A stretch of DNA of 64,000 nt from an uncultured Methanosarcinales archaeon (GCA_963843555.1 CAWJKV010000005.1:1-64000), one strand, 5' to 3'; positions 1-12,044 are shown, numbered from the stretch's first letter. Program-made: numbers and translations. The notes: generated by a model from the sequence alone, not told the origin.

Positions 1-962
1 GCCGCGATGGAGGGTTCCGGAGAAGAGCCTCCCCGTAGCTACTTCGCCTGCATGGGGGTCGATCTTCACCTTATTGATCATGAAAGCGACAGGCCCTTTG
101 GGATCACAGGTTGCCATGGCCCTTCCGATAGGGGTATCCCAGTCGCCATGCCAGATGACCTTGACCCTGTCCTTTTGGGCCTCGATAGGGCTGGGAAGGA
201 ACTTGACTACCATATCGTTAACGGCTATGTAGAGCGGGACTTTTTCTGCCAGCTCCTTCATCTTTCCTTCCCGGCAATAATCGACGACCTGTTCAAAGCC
301 GATGCCCGTCTTCTTCATCTGAGGCACGCTTATAGCCCAGTTGTAGAGAGCTGAGCCGAAGGCAATGTTTCCCTTAGCGGCATCCAGTTTCCAACCTGCT
401 TTGTACTTCTCCTCGTCCATTCCCTGAATGAGCTTATTGACATTGTCTATGACCTTGCCCAGGCGGGCTGCCATGTCCTTCTTCTCCACCTTGAGCTCGT
501 TGATCATGCGGTCAACTTTATTGACGAACAGGACCGGCCGAACGCCCTCTTTCAGAGCCTGCCGGAGCACCGTCTCCGTCTGGGGCATGGCGCCTTCCAC
601 AGCATCCACGACGACTACGGCACCGTCTACGGCACGCATGGCACGAGTGACGTCGCCTCCGAAGTCCACGTGACCGGGAGTATCGATCATGTTGATCAGA
701 TATTCTTTGCCGTCCACCTCGTGGACCATGGATACGTTGGCCGCATCGATGGTGATCCTCGGGCCTGCTCCAGGGGATCGAAATCCATGAAGAGCTGCTT
801 GCCAGCCAGGTCCATGGAGATCATGCCTGCGCCTCCCAGAAGGTTGTCAGAAAGGGTTGTCTTACCGTGATCAATATGCGCTACGATTCCAATATTCCTG
901 ATAAACTCAGGCTTATCCATCAGAGTCGTCACACGTTCTGCTATCTTCTTCCTCTTGCCCAT
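1..962 (-). CDS. fusA: Elongation factor 2 (N-terminal part; runs off window start; frameshift near 757)
   Basis: [22 protein letters not shown]; after the frameshift [12 protein letters not shown]...[24 protein letters not shown] and [10 protein letters not shown] motifs. Confidence 0.95.
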
Positions 963-1120
963 AATACGCCTCGCGAAGTTTAAGATAAATGATATAATCC
1001 AGACTAGGACTCAGATTCCTCGGACTCAATCTATTTAAGCCTTCGGCCTTCTCAGGTTGGTTTCGATTTCATAGATAAAGCTTAAATCGCTGCGAAGATA
1101 GCAAAACAAAGGTTTTTACG

Positions 1121-2518
1121 ATGGCGCGCTTGGTAATGAAGTTTGGTGGTGTTTCCGTTGCTGACGGAAACCGGCTGAGGCATGTAGGCGATCTGGTCAA
1201 GCATTTCCACCGCGACAATGAGATAGTTCTCGTCACCTCCGCCCTTCAAGGCGTAACAGACGACCTCCTGGCCTGTGCCAGAAAAGCGGCAAAAGAGGGA
1301 AATGTCTCAGATGTAATCGATTTCATGGAGAAGCTCACGGATAGACACAATCAGGCGATAACCGATGCAATCAAAGATCCTCAAATAGCCAAAGAAGTTC
1401 ATGAGACGGGTCTCAGATAAGCTCTCCGAGCTGGAAAAAGCCTATATCGGCATCTGCTATTTGGGAGAGCTGACAACGCGCTCTTTGGATTACATTTCCA
1501 GCTATGGCGAGCAACTGGCCGCCCCTATCCTGGCTGGAGTCTTAAGAGATATGGGCATCCCCTCTCAACCTTATACCGGCTCGGAGGCAGGAATCGTCAC
1601 TGACAGTAACTATGGCGACGCCAAACCCCTGGAAAAGACCTACATCCAGATTCCTCAAAGGCTCTTGCCCCTCAAGGGCGTTCCTGTGGTCACCGGCTTC
1701 ATCGCCAAAGACGAGAAAGGCACCATTACCACCCTGGGACGGGGCGGCTCAGATCTGTCCGCCTCGCTTATCGGAGCGGCCATAGACGCCGATGAGATAT
1801 GGTTCTGGAAGGAGACCTCAGGAATCATGACCACGGACCCAAAGATTGTGCCCGAAACCAAGACCATACCCATCATCTCTTACCGGGAAGCCATGGAATT
1901 GTCCTACTTTGGAGCCAAGGTGCTCCATCCCAGGGCCATTGAGCCCGCCATTCGCAAGGGCATTCCCGTGCGCGTCAAATGCACTTTCGATCCCGATGCT
2001 CCAGGCACACAGGTGGTGCATGCAACGATATACCAAAAGAGGATGTGATAAAGGCGGTCACATTGCACAAGGGCGTGGCTTTGCTCAACATATCCGGCGC
2101 AGGAATGATTGGGACTCTTGGCGTGGCAGCTCGCGCCTTCACGGCACTGGCAAGAGCCGGCATTAACATCGTCATGATCAGCCAGGGTTCATCTGAAGCC
2201 AACATCTCCATGGTCATCGAGGAGCGCCAGGTAGAGATGGCCGAGGATGTTCTTGCGTTCTGAATTCCCCCAGGATCTGGTCAAGGAGATATCGCATGAT
2301 CATGATGTCTCTGCCGTGGCAGTAACAGGCGCTGGAATGGCGGGAACGCCCGGCGTCGCTGCCAGGGTCTTCAAGGCAATGGGTGCGGCCAAGATAAATG
2401 TGGTTATGATCAGTCAAGCATCGGGTCAGCACAACATCTCCTTCGTAGTCGCATCCCAGGACGGCAAAAGGCCGTGAAAGAGCTGCACCGCGAGTTTGGT
2501 CTGGGAGGTGAGGCATGA
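1121..2518 (+). CDS. lysC: Aspartate kinase (split by ~4 frameshifts)
   Basis: [32 protein letters not shown] and two ACT domains spread over ORFs 1121-1420, 1401-2048, 1979-2263 and 2247-2477; terminal TGA at 2516-2518. Confidence 0.93.
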
Positions 2519-3516
2519 GGAAGATGACATATGCAAAAGCCGGTGTGGTATCGACCTGGAGAATAGATCCATTGACGCCATGAAGAGCGTTCTGACCACG
2601 AGACGAAAGGGGTTCGGAGCGGCAATGACAAAGATCGGTCACTACGCCGGACTTCTGGACATGGGGAGCTTTGCCCTGGCCATGACCACGGATGGTGTGG
2701 GATCCAAGGTTCTCATCGCCAACGCCATGCAAAAATGGAATACGGTAGGCATTGACTGCATAGCTATGAATGTGAACGATCTGTATGCCATTGGAGCCGA
2801 GCCCATCGCCTTCGTGGATTATCTGGCTGTGGAAAAGGTGGACCCGGAACGCTCCAGGCAGATCGCCATCGGACTTGCCCGCGGGGCAGAGATCTCCAAT
2901 ATGACCATCGTGGGAGGAGAGACGGCATCCTTGCCCGAGATCTTTATTCCGGGGCTTCGACCTGGCGGGAACGGCCGATCGGAGTGGTGGACAAGGATAA
3001 AGTTGTGACAGGCGAAAAGATCCAGAATGGGGATACGCTTGTGGGCGTCCCCAGCAGCGGTCTGCACAGCAACGGCTACACCCTGGCCCGCGCCATCGTC
3101 GCTGAGTCCAAATATACCTACTTCGACCAGATGCCGGGTGGGAATGACGCACTATAGGAGAAGAGCTGCTCACACCTACCAGGATCTACCCCGAGATCGT
3201 GGAGCTGGTCGGGCAATGCGATGTGCACGGCCTGGCGCATATAACCGGCTCAGGACTTCTCAAGCTGCACAGGATCACCGATCTGGGTTTTGAGATCACC
3301 GATCCTCTGGAGCCTCAGCCCATCTTCCGGTTCCTGCAAGAGCAGGGCAACGTCGACGACAGTGAGATGTACAGAACCTTCAATATGGGCATGGGCTTTG
3401 TTGTGGTAGTCGCAGAGAACGAAGCCAAGGACGCCTGCCGCATCATGGGCCCGGGGTCGAAATGATCGGGTCCGTTGGTAAAAGAAGGTTTGAAGACAGG
3501 CCACCTGGCCCTCTAG
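2515..3516 (+). CDS. purM: Phosphoribosylformylglycinamidine cyclo-ligase (AIR synthetase), frameshifted
   Basis: TYAKAGV start, [48 protein letters not shown]. Confidence 0.93.
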
Positions 3517-3523
3517 GCCCGGC

Positions 3524-4289
3524 TTACAGCTTTTTTTCGCCGAACATCTCTTCCAGTTTGGACTTTATCGCTCTGATGGACTCCACTGCCGGGCAGTCTG
3601 CATCGATGGGCGTCTTTCCTTCCAGATCGGCCTGAACCAGGCATTTGTCGAAGGGGATGGTGCCCAGGACCGGTATGCTCATCTGCGCCAGCTTCTCTGC
3701 CACCGGGCCCGGATCGTCGGCCTTGTTTATGACGGCAAAATAGCGGGTTATGCCGATCTCTTTGCCGAGATGCATTATCCTCTCCACGGTCTCAATGGAT
3801 CTCATGCCCGGCTCCACCACGGCGATCATGGCATCCACACCTCTGGCTGTGGCCCTGCCCAGATGTTCTATGCCCGCCTCCATATCCAGGATCACCAGAT
3901 CCTTTTCCCGAACGATGACGTGCCTGATGAGGGCTTTGACGAAGGCATTGGCAGGACACATGCATCCCGAGCCGCCGGAATCGATGGTGCCCATGACTAC
4001 AAGCTTGACGTTATCAGGACCTGTGCAGCCGCACATATTCACAACGTCATCGACCTTGGGATTCATCTTGAACATGCCCCCGGGCATGCCTGCCCTCTCC
4101 TTCACCAGATCTTTATGCTCCGTGACGGGCCGCGGGAGCTGCTTTATTCCGAGGGCTGAGCCCAGATTCATGCTCGGATCGGCGTCGATAGCCAGTACGT
4201 TATAGCCGTCGCGCGCAAATAGCCTGGCCAGGGTGCCGGCCAGTGTGGTCTTGCCCACGCCTCCTTTTCCTGAGATGGCAACTTTTCAT
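3524..4289 (-). CDS. cooC: CooC/AcsF-family Ni-insertion ATPase (CODH/ACS maturation)
   Basis: MKVAISGKGGVGKTT (extra A in the start homopolymer), DADP, GCMCP, DMEAGIEHLGR. Confidence 0.9.
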
Positions 4290-4411
4290 ACTTACTAACC
4301 TCTTAAGAGTGAATATGCCATATTTTGACATGTGTGTTTATATCGATTCTGCATGATATAGTATTGCGCAGTATTGTGCAGTATCGCATAGATTGGCAAT
4401 GGGTCGTCGGG

Positions 4412-6434
4412 ATGATCAGGAAAATAAAAAAGCGCGATGGAAGGATGGTCAACTTGAGCAGGAGAAGATAGAAAAGGCCATTGGCAAGGCTTTCCAGGCG
4501 GTCGGCAGGGACGAAGCGCCTTCCAGGCTGGCAGAGAGGGTGGCAAAGGAATTGGAAGAGCAGTTTTCAGAGTCAATTCCCGGCGTAGAAGATATCCAGG
4601 ATATTGTAGAGCGGGCGCTCATCGATGAGGGATACTCCCGGGAGGCCAAAGCCTACATCCTTACCGCCAGAAGCGAGCCGAGGTCAGGGAAGCAAAAAGC
4701 TATTTGGGCGTGGCTGATGATCTTAAGCTTTCCGTCAATGCCGTGGAAGTCCTGAAGAAGAGATACCTGCGCCGCGATGAGCTCGGCCTGGTAGTGGAGA
4801 CGCCGGGAGAGATGTTCGGACGGGTGGCTGCACATGTTTCTCGGGCCGAGACCATGGTTGGCGGCGATGCCGAGTACTATCGATCCCGTTTCTTGAAGAT
4901 GATGCGGGACCTGGACTTTCTCCCCAACTCCCCCACGCTCATGAATGCAGGCCTGCCACTGGGGCAGCTCTCGGCCTGCTTTGTTCTTCCTGTGGAGGAC
5001 TCGCTGCCCGGCATTTTTGACGCCCTGAAGAACATGGCCCTCATTCATCAGAGCGGAGGTGGCACGGGCTTCTCCTTCTCCCGGCTGCGGCCCAAAGACG
5101 ACGTCGTGCAGGCCACAGGAGGAGTGGCCAGCGGTCCTGTCTCCTTTATGCGCATCTTCGACATGGCGACAGAGGTTATCAAGCAGGGCGGCCGGCGCCG
5201 GGGCGCGAACATGGGCGTCCTCCGAATCGATCATCCCGATATTCTGGAGTTCATCGAAGCCAAGTCGAAGCCGGGATTCCTGGAGAACTTCAACATCTCT
5301 GTAGCCGCAACGGACGAGTTCATGCGCTCTGCCCGGCAGGGCGGAGAGATGGATCTTGTTAATCCGCGCAATGGGCAGGTGACGGGCAAGCTCCCGGCTC
5401 CTGAGCTGATGAACCTCATCGCCAACTCTGCCTGGCGGGGAGGCGATCCCGGTGTGATATTCATCGATCGCATCAATGCCATGCACCCCATTCCTGGTGA
5501 GATCGAGGCCACCAACCCCTGCGGAGAACAGCCGCTGCTGCCCTACGAGTCCTGCAATCTTGGTTCCATCAACCTCTCGCGACTGGTGGAAAAAGGAGAA
5601 CTCAACTGGGACCGGCTGGGTGAATTGGTCTCTTTAGGCGTGCGATTTTTGGACGACGTCATCGATATGAATCGCTTTCCTATCAAACAGATCGAAGAAG
5701 AGACAATGCAGAGGCGCAAGATCGGCCTGGGAGTGATGGGCTTTGCTGATATGCTCATCCAGATGAAAATCTCCTATGCATCCCGCGAGGCCGTAACCAC
5801 GGCAGAAGATGTGATGAAGTTCATCACCGAGCGTGCCCGCGCTGAGTCGGCTCTATTGGGCGAAGCCCGCGGCTCATTCCCGCTCTTTGAGGAGAGCAAG
5901 CTGAAGAAGTGGAGCAATATGCGAAACTCCACCACCACCACTATAGCTCCCACGGGCACCATCAGCATCATCGCCGGGACCAGCAGCGGCATCGAACCCT
6001 TATTCGCCCTGGCGTTCGTTCGCAATGTCCTGGAAGGGGCGCATCTCCTGGAGGTCTCGCCCCTCTTTGAGAAGGCGGCTGCAGCCCGCGGCATCTATAC
6101 ACCGGATCTGAAGGCGGAGCTGGCCCGGAAGGGCTCAGTGCAGGACATAGATGGTGTGCCGCAGGATCTGAAGGACTTATTCGTCACAGCTCTGGATATC
6201 CCTCCCGAGCAGCATGTGCGCATTCAGGCCGCCTTCCAGAAATACACGGACAATGCCGTCTCCAAGACAGTCAACCTGCCCGCTGATGCGACAGTAAGCG
6301 ACGTTCTGAAGGTGTACAATCTGGCTTACGATCAGGGCTGCAAAGGCGTGACGGTCTTCAGGTACGGCAGCCGCAGCCAGGTGCTCTACCTGGGAAATGG
6401 GGAGACATTGCCGGGGTGCAAGTACTGCGGGTGA
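4412..6434 (+). CDS. nrdJ: Class II (adenosylcobalamin-dependent) ribonucleotide reductase with N-terminal ATP cone; two frameshifts near 4445 and 4665
   Basis: MIRKIKKRDGR ATP cone, FLPNSPTLMNAG, ATNPCGEQPL, IAPTGTIS, C-terminal CKYC. Confidence 0.93.
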
Positions 6435-6480
6435 TGCCCTGATATCTGACAGAATCCTGTAAATCTGCCTTCGACTCATA

Positions 6481-7256
<776 letters not shown>

Positions 7257-7370
7257 AAAGATCGTCTCTGCACAGGCCTCACTCAGCCAGGCGGCGTGCC
7301 TGCGCATGTTGTCAATAAGGTGCTGTGTTTGGCCTGACAGAGAAAAAAACTTGAGAAAATCTCAAGAAGT

Positions 7371-8903
7371 CTAAAAAAAGATGCGCCAGGCCGTTGAGGT
7401 GGCCTGAGTCATTTTATTTTCTTGCATTGAGTCATTTAACTTTCTTGCACTTGTGTTTGTTTCATTTAACATTGCAGCATTTGCCAGTGTTTCATTCAAT
7501 CTTGTGGCGTTTACCATTGTTTCATTCAATCTTGTAGCGTTTACCATTGTTTCATTCAATCTTGTAGCGTTTGCCAGTGTTTCATTCAATCTTGTAGCGT
7601 TTACCATTGTTTCATTCAATCTTGTAGCGTTTACCATTGTTTCATTCAATCTTGTGGCGTTTGCCAGTGTTTCATTCAATCTTGTGGCGTTTGCCAGTGT
7701 TTCATTCAATCTTGTAGCATTTGCCAGTGCTTTATTCAATCTTGACTTCAATTCATCCAGCTTTGCCGGGTCAGGCATTGATTCGTTTAACCTTGACTTC
7801 AATTCGTCCAGCTTTGCCGGGTCAGGCATTGATTCGTTTAACCTTGACTTCAATTCGTCCAGCTTTGCCGGATCAGGCATCGATTCGTTCAACCTTAACT
7901 TCAACTCGTCCAGCTTTGCCGGGTCAGGCATTGGTTCATTCAACTTTGACATCGATTCATTTAACCTTGACTTTGATTCATCTATCCTTGACGTCGGTTC
8001 ACTTAACCCCTCGCTTTCAACCGAAGCGACTGGAACTGCCTCATCGAAGGCCACAGAACCTGCAGGGGACGGCTGAGCTTTCCTGGCTTCAGGGGGGAGT
8101 ACAATGTTTACCCTTTCATTGAAGCCCCCAAAGAGCATGGAGACAGTAGAATCAATGCGCATCTCCTGGCTCTCTGGTCCCGTGGCTGGCAGACCCAAAG
8201 ACTGTGGGTCGAGGGTGAAGACTTCAAGTACATCCGTCTTCTTGAGAAGATGCGTATCTTTCGTTATCCAGTAGTATACATTCAGAGTCAAATTGCGGAA
8301 GAGATCGGTGTTGTTCGTGGATGCCATTGGCAGGTATGACGTCGTATCCCTGCCCGCATAGGTGCCCATATCCATTTTTGCCCGGACCTTGTAGCAGTCC
8401 TGGCCGTCCACGATCTCCGAGCCTATCAAGGTGAGATCGGACTGCTTGAACATATTGACTTGCTGCTCCATGGTATTCTGCTGAGACCAGGCTGCTGCTG
8501 CGGGCAGCTTCATAATAGTCCAGTTCCCGTCCATCTTGATATATATGGTATCGTTGAGCAGGTATTCTTCCAGGGCGACAGCCGTAGAATTTTCCTCATC
8601 GCCCTTTTCATAGGTGAGAGAGGCCATGACCAGCTTCAGAGCCCGGTCGGTCATATTCGTAAAGCCAAACCCGATGGAACGGGTATAGAGTTTCTGAGCC
8701 TCACCTGAGGAGAGATTGATCAAATCTATATTCTGCACCATTTCCATAGAAAAGCTGTAGGATTCGAGTTTTGCAGAGGAGTCAACCACCAATGATCGCA
8801 GGGTTGAGGCATTCAGATCCCCGGGAATAGTGCCGTTCGTCTGGCAGAAAGCGCCGGAGCTGCAAAGCAGCAGTGCCAGCGCCAGAAGTGAGAGAGATCT
8901 CAT
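7371..8903 (-). CDS. Secreted LppX/DUF6612-like protein with repetitive C-terminal stalk
   Basis: Signal peptide MRSLSLLALALLL; LolA/LppX-like beta domain similar to 47377-48366; tandem repeats. Confidence 0.75.
   Translation of the reverse strand: MRSLSLLALALLLCSSGAFCQTNGTIPGDLNASTLRSLVVDSSAKLESYSFSMEMVQNIDLINLSSGEAQKLYTRSIGFGFTNMTDRALKLVMASLTYEKGDEENSTAVALEEYLLNDTIYIKMDGNWTIMKLPAAAAWSQQNTMEQQVNMFKQSDLTLIGSEIVDGQDCYKVRAKMDMGTYAGRDTTSYLPMASTNNTDLFRNLTLNVYYWITKDTHLLKKTDVLEVFTLDPQSLGLPATGPESQEMRIDSTVSMLFGGFNERVNIVLPPEARKAQPSPAGSVAFDEAVPVASVESEGLSEPTSRIDESKSRLNESMSKLNEPMPDPAKLDELKLRLNESMPDPAKLDELKSRLNESMPDPAKLDELKSRLNESMPDPAKLDELKSRLNKALANATRLNETLANATRLNETLANATRLNETMVNATRLNETMVNATRLNETLANATRLNETMVNATRLNETMVNATRLNETLANAAMLNETNTSARKLNDSMQENKMTQATSTAWRIFF
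7459..7728. repeat. 9 x 30-bp coding tandem repeat (LANATRLNET/MVNATRLNET)
   Basis: Unit GTTTCATTCAATCTTGTRGCGTTTRCCAKT read directly. Confidence 0.95.
7729..7932. repeat. 4 x 51-bp coding tandem repeat (MPDPAKLDELKSRLNES)
   Basis: Repeated TCCAGCTTTGCCGGRTCAGGCAT units. Confidence 0.93.
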
Positions 8904-8974
8904 GAGCTGCAGACGGTCCGGATGGAGTAAATCTTTTTTGCTTATTCGATCTTCTTGAAAGGCTTCCCTTGACG

Positions 8975-9215
8975 CCGCCACACAGGGCACCTCTCAGCAT
9001 CCTTGGCGCCTTCCTCCTTCGCGGCGGCGATCATCTCCGGATACATCTCCTTTGAACTCGTGCGCCTCCCCGGTGATGGCTTCGCGCAGATTCCCCCTGG
9101 TCGATTTGATGGCTTTCTGGCCGGCGCTGGTGATTGGCAGCCTGCGCCGCCCTCTGCCTCCGCTGCAGCTTCCCCGGCAAATGCCTCGTTCAAGTAACCC
9201 CTCTGTCTTGGTCAA
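8975..9215 (-). pseudogene. Rubrerythrin remnant
   Basis: Joined frames read MTKTEGYLNEAFAGE...KSTRGNLREAITGEAHEFKEMYPEMIAAAKEEGAKDAER; internal deletion and no C-terminus. Confidence 0.7.
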
Positions 9216-9706
9216 GCTACATCATTTCTGATTAGCACGATACTGCACCCTATGAAGATATATTGCTGACTTCTTATTCTATTTTGCCATTTCGGGTTTG
9301 CAGTCGAAACTTTACGGATTGCAGTCATCGATATCCTTTTTTGGTCTGCTGCACGATGAGTTTATTTCAATCAAAATAAAGATGGTGCATTGCGATCTAT
9401 AATTGGAGATGCCTGGCAGAAGGGGATCGATATGCCAAACGGGAATTCCTGCAAATACTAATGTCACTGATCAATAATCAGTAATACAACAAAGTTTGAA
9501 TATTAATATTTGTATGAGAAGTCTGTTTGCTAAACATGATATTTGCATTCTCAGTTTTTAGGTTACAGGTTTAACTTAACTCAGGACATTGGAGCGAAGA
9601 ACTGGTCCTTCAGTGGGAAAACTATTTTTGTGGGTAGTTTCAATAACCCAATTGAATTTCAATCGATCAAAGGGCAAAGATCGGCGAAGGAGCTCCGGGT
9701 GAATCT

Positions 9707-10099
9707 ATGGATCGAGAAATAAAGATCGTACTGGTAGAGGACAATATAGAAGACGCCGCTTTTACGACGCGGTTGTTGAAGCACAATAAGCTGAACAAAG
9801 ATCTCGTTATCGCCAATACCGGCCAAAAGGCTATGCAGACCCTGCATGCCATGGGTAAAGGAGATCTGCCCCAGCTCATCTTATTGGACATAAATCTGCC
9901 AGATATCAGCGGCATCGATCTCCTCACCCGCATAAAGGAGGACAAGAGTCTCTGCAATATCCCTGTGGTCATTCTCACAGGATCAAACGAGGATCAGGAT
10001 ATTCAGAAGAGCTATGACCTGGGGGCCAGCAGCTACCTGGTTAAGCCCATCTCCAGCGATGCTATGATGCTGGTTATCGAGAAACTATTTTCTCCCTGA
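9707..10099 (+). CDS. Stand-alone response regulator receiver
   Basis: LVEDN, LILLDINLPDISG, PVVILT, YLVKP. Confidence 0.9.
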   Translation: MDREIKIVLVEDNIEDAAFTTRLLKHNKLNKDLVIANTGQKAMQTLHAMGKGDLPQLILLDINLPDISGIDLLTRIKEDKSLCNIPVVILTGSNEDQDIQKSYDLGASSYLVKPISSDAMMLVIEKLFSP

Positions 10100-10939
10100 G
10101 GCAAGGCTCCTTGCCACGTCAAGATTCCTTTGATCGTCCCGGCGAGAGTCAATAGGGGTCTCCAGGATCATCGGCATGCGCAGCATCGCCGGATGGCTCA
10201 AGATTGCCCTGAAACCCGACTCGCCTATATGCCCTAGACCGATGTGCTCATGCCGATCCATATGCGACCCGAGGGAACCTCTGCAATCATTGAGATGTAT
10301 GAGCATGAGCTTCCCAAGGTCGATGCAACCCTGAAACCGACTTAAGGTCTCCTCCACTGCCAGAGGCGTTCGGAGATCATAGCCCGCGGCAAAAAGATGG
10401 CAGGTGTCCAGGCATACTCCCAAACGCCGGCTCTCGGCCGACAGGGATTCCAGGATGGAGGCGATCTCGGAGAAAGAGCTGCCCATGCTGTTCTTAGTGC
10501 CGGCGCTGTTCTCCAGGAGAATGACCACGTCGGACTTTGCCAGGCTGAGGGCAGTATCCAGAGCGTTCGCAATCCTCTCCAATCCATACTCCAGTCCTTC
10601 GCCGAGGTGGCTTCCCAGATGAGTGACAAGATAAGGTATGCAGAGGTCCTGGCAGCGCATCACTTCCGCGGAGAGGGCCTGCACCGATTTAGCATAAACA
10701 TCATCCCTGGGGGAGGCAAGGTTAGGCAGGTAGGGCATATGGGCTACAGCAGGAGACAATTCGGACTCTCTGAGCCTGGCAACGAAACGCTCTTTACTCT
10801 CTCTGGATACAGGCTTTGATCTCCAACTGCGTGGGTTAGAGGTGAAGATCTGAAACGCATCACAGCCTTTTTCCCTGGCCCGGTCAACGGCCTTGTCCAG
10901 GCCACCGGCAACTGAGACATGCACGCCCAATCGCACCAT
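10085..10939 (-). CDS. nfo: Endonuclease IV
   Basis: LGVHVSVAGG, HMPYLPNL, LLEN, CLDTCHLFAAGYD, HLND, DRHEHIG, ILETP. Confidence 0.93.
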   Translation of the reverse strand: MVRLGVHVSVAGGLDKAVDRAREKGCDAFQIFTSNPRSWRSKPVSRESKERFVARLRESELSPAVAHMPYLPNLASPRDDVYAKSVQALSAEVMRCQDLCIPYLVTHLGSHLGEGLEYGLERIANALDTALSLAKSDVVILLENSAGTKNSMGSSFSEIASILESLSAESRRLGVCLDTCHLFAAGYDLRTPLAVEETLSRFQGCIDLGKLMLIHLNDCRGSLGSHMDRHEHIGLGHIGESGFRAILSHPAMLRMPMILETPIDSRRDDQRNLDVARSLASGRK

Positions 10940-11028
10940 ATGCTCCTCCCGGGGATGGCATCTCAAATCAACCTTGCCCTGGAGAGAAAGGTTGATAATC
11001 GATATCGATAAATGGAGGCTTGTATTCC

Positions 11029-11097
11029 GTCGCGATCCGATGATGATATAGTATTTCTGATTCCATGATGAGCCCTATGAGTTCTGAGGCACGCGAT
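11029..11097 (+). ncRNA. Box C/D guide sRNA (sR-tMet-like)
   Basis: GTCGCG..ATGATGA-guide-CTGA..ATGATGA-guide-CTGA..CGCGAT, with terminal stem. Confidence 0.85.
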
Positions 11098-11193
11098 ATT
11101 AAAAAACGGGATGAGACAGGCGGAATTGAGTTCAAAATGAATAGAAATAAATGAGAAAAGAGTTTTTTTCTGTTTTGAACCCCTATCCGGACC

Positions 11194-11502
11194 TCATGGG
11201 GTTGTTTGAGCCTTGGCCCACCGACTGATATTGTCTATCAAATTCAACTCCACGATCTTCCGAGTATCATAGAGCATCTCTGCGACATCATTCAGGGAGA
11301 AGCTCTTCTTCTGGCCCTTGTTGTCGACCACTTCGATCGCCTCTTTGGGCAGGGATTTGCCCAGCTCCCGCATCTGGCCTGCCAGCACAGAACAGGCATT
11401 TTTGAGGTATTTTATCGAGTAGTCAGATGTAGGCTTCCTGTCGGCGAGGTTCTTATTGACCTCCTTGATGGACCAGCACGTGGTGAGAATATCCCTGTAC
11501 AT
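11194..11502 (-). CDS. Hypothetical protein
   Basis: 102-aa ORF with upstream TTTAAATA box and typical codon usage. Confidence 0.7.
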   Translation of the reverse strand: MYRDILTTCWSIKEVNKNLADRKPTSDYSIKYLKNACSVLAGQMRELGKSLPKEAIEVVDNKGQKKSFSLNDVAEMLYDTRKIVELNLIDNISRWAKAQTTP

Positions 11503-11570
11503 CGCGGCACCCGATCTTTCAGGTCGCGCCCTGGATATTTAAACGCTGTGGAGAATCCTTATGAAAAAGG

Positions 11571-11776
11571 TGGGGCTGGTGAGATTCGAACTCACGATCG
11601 ACGGGTATCTCCGATACTGAAGTTCTTACAGCCGGAAACGGTGGCTGGTAACAACCCATTTCAGTGCTCCAACGGATCATCAACGACCTCCCCGTCGAGA
11701 GATCTCAGTAGACCCGTTGCTCATCATTAAATATACCGCTGGAGCCCATCGCCCTACCTGGCTAGGCCACAGCCCC
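11571..11776 (-). tRNA. tRNA-Trp(CCA) with 132-nt intron (11607-11738)
   Basis: Acceptor GGGGCTG/CAGCCCC, anticodon arm ATGGG-CTCCAG^A-CCCGT, T loop TTCGAAT. Confidence 0.95.
11607..11738 (-). ncRNA. Intron-encoded box C/D guide RNA for tRNA-Trp positions 34 and 39
   Basis: ATGATGA-GCAACGGGTCTA-CTGA and TTGATGA-TCCGTTGGAGCA-CTGA; guides complementary to the tRNA's own anticodon arm. Confidence 0.88.
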
Positions 11777-11787
11777 GGTGTTTAAAG

Positions 11788-11861
11788 CGGGCCGAGAGGG
11801 ATTTGAACCCCCGACCTAAAGGTTAAGAGCCTTTCGCTCTGCCTGACTAAGCTACCGGCCC
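11788..11861 (-). tRNA. tRNA-Lys(CTT)
   Basis: GGGCCGG acceptor, AAAGG-CT-CTT-AA-CCTTT anticodon arm, TTCAAAT. Confidence 0.95.
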
Positions 11862-12044
11862 GGACCCCTCAAGGTCTATGCTGGATATATACGTTTCGGA
11901 TGATGCATTTTGGGAGACGCATTCCAAAGAGCCAACGCACATGCTTTTGCTTTGGAAAAGACAGACCACGTCGATGAAACCAAATGAGGGCGCATGAGTG
12001 GAAAAATGCTCTGCAAAAAGAGACGAAGGGCCAAAAAATCCCCT

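Noticed and set aside
7459..7932. Possible CRISPR array
   Set aside because: Contiguous in-frame 30- and 51-bp units with no unique spacers, inside a CDS, and no cas genes nearby.
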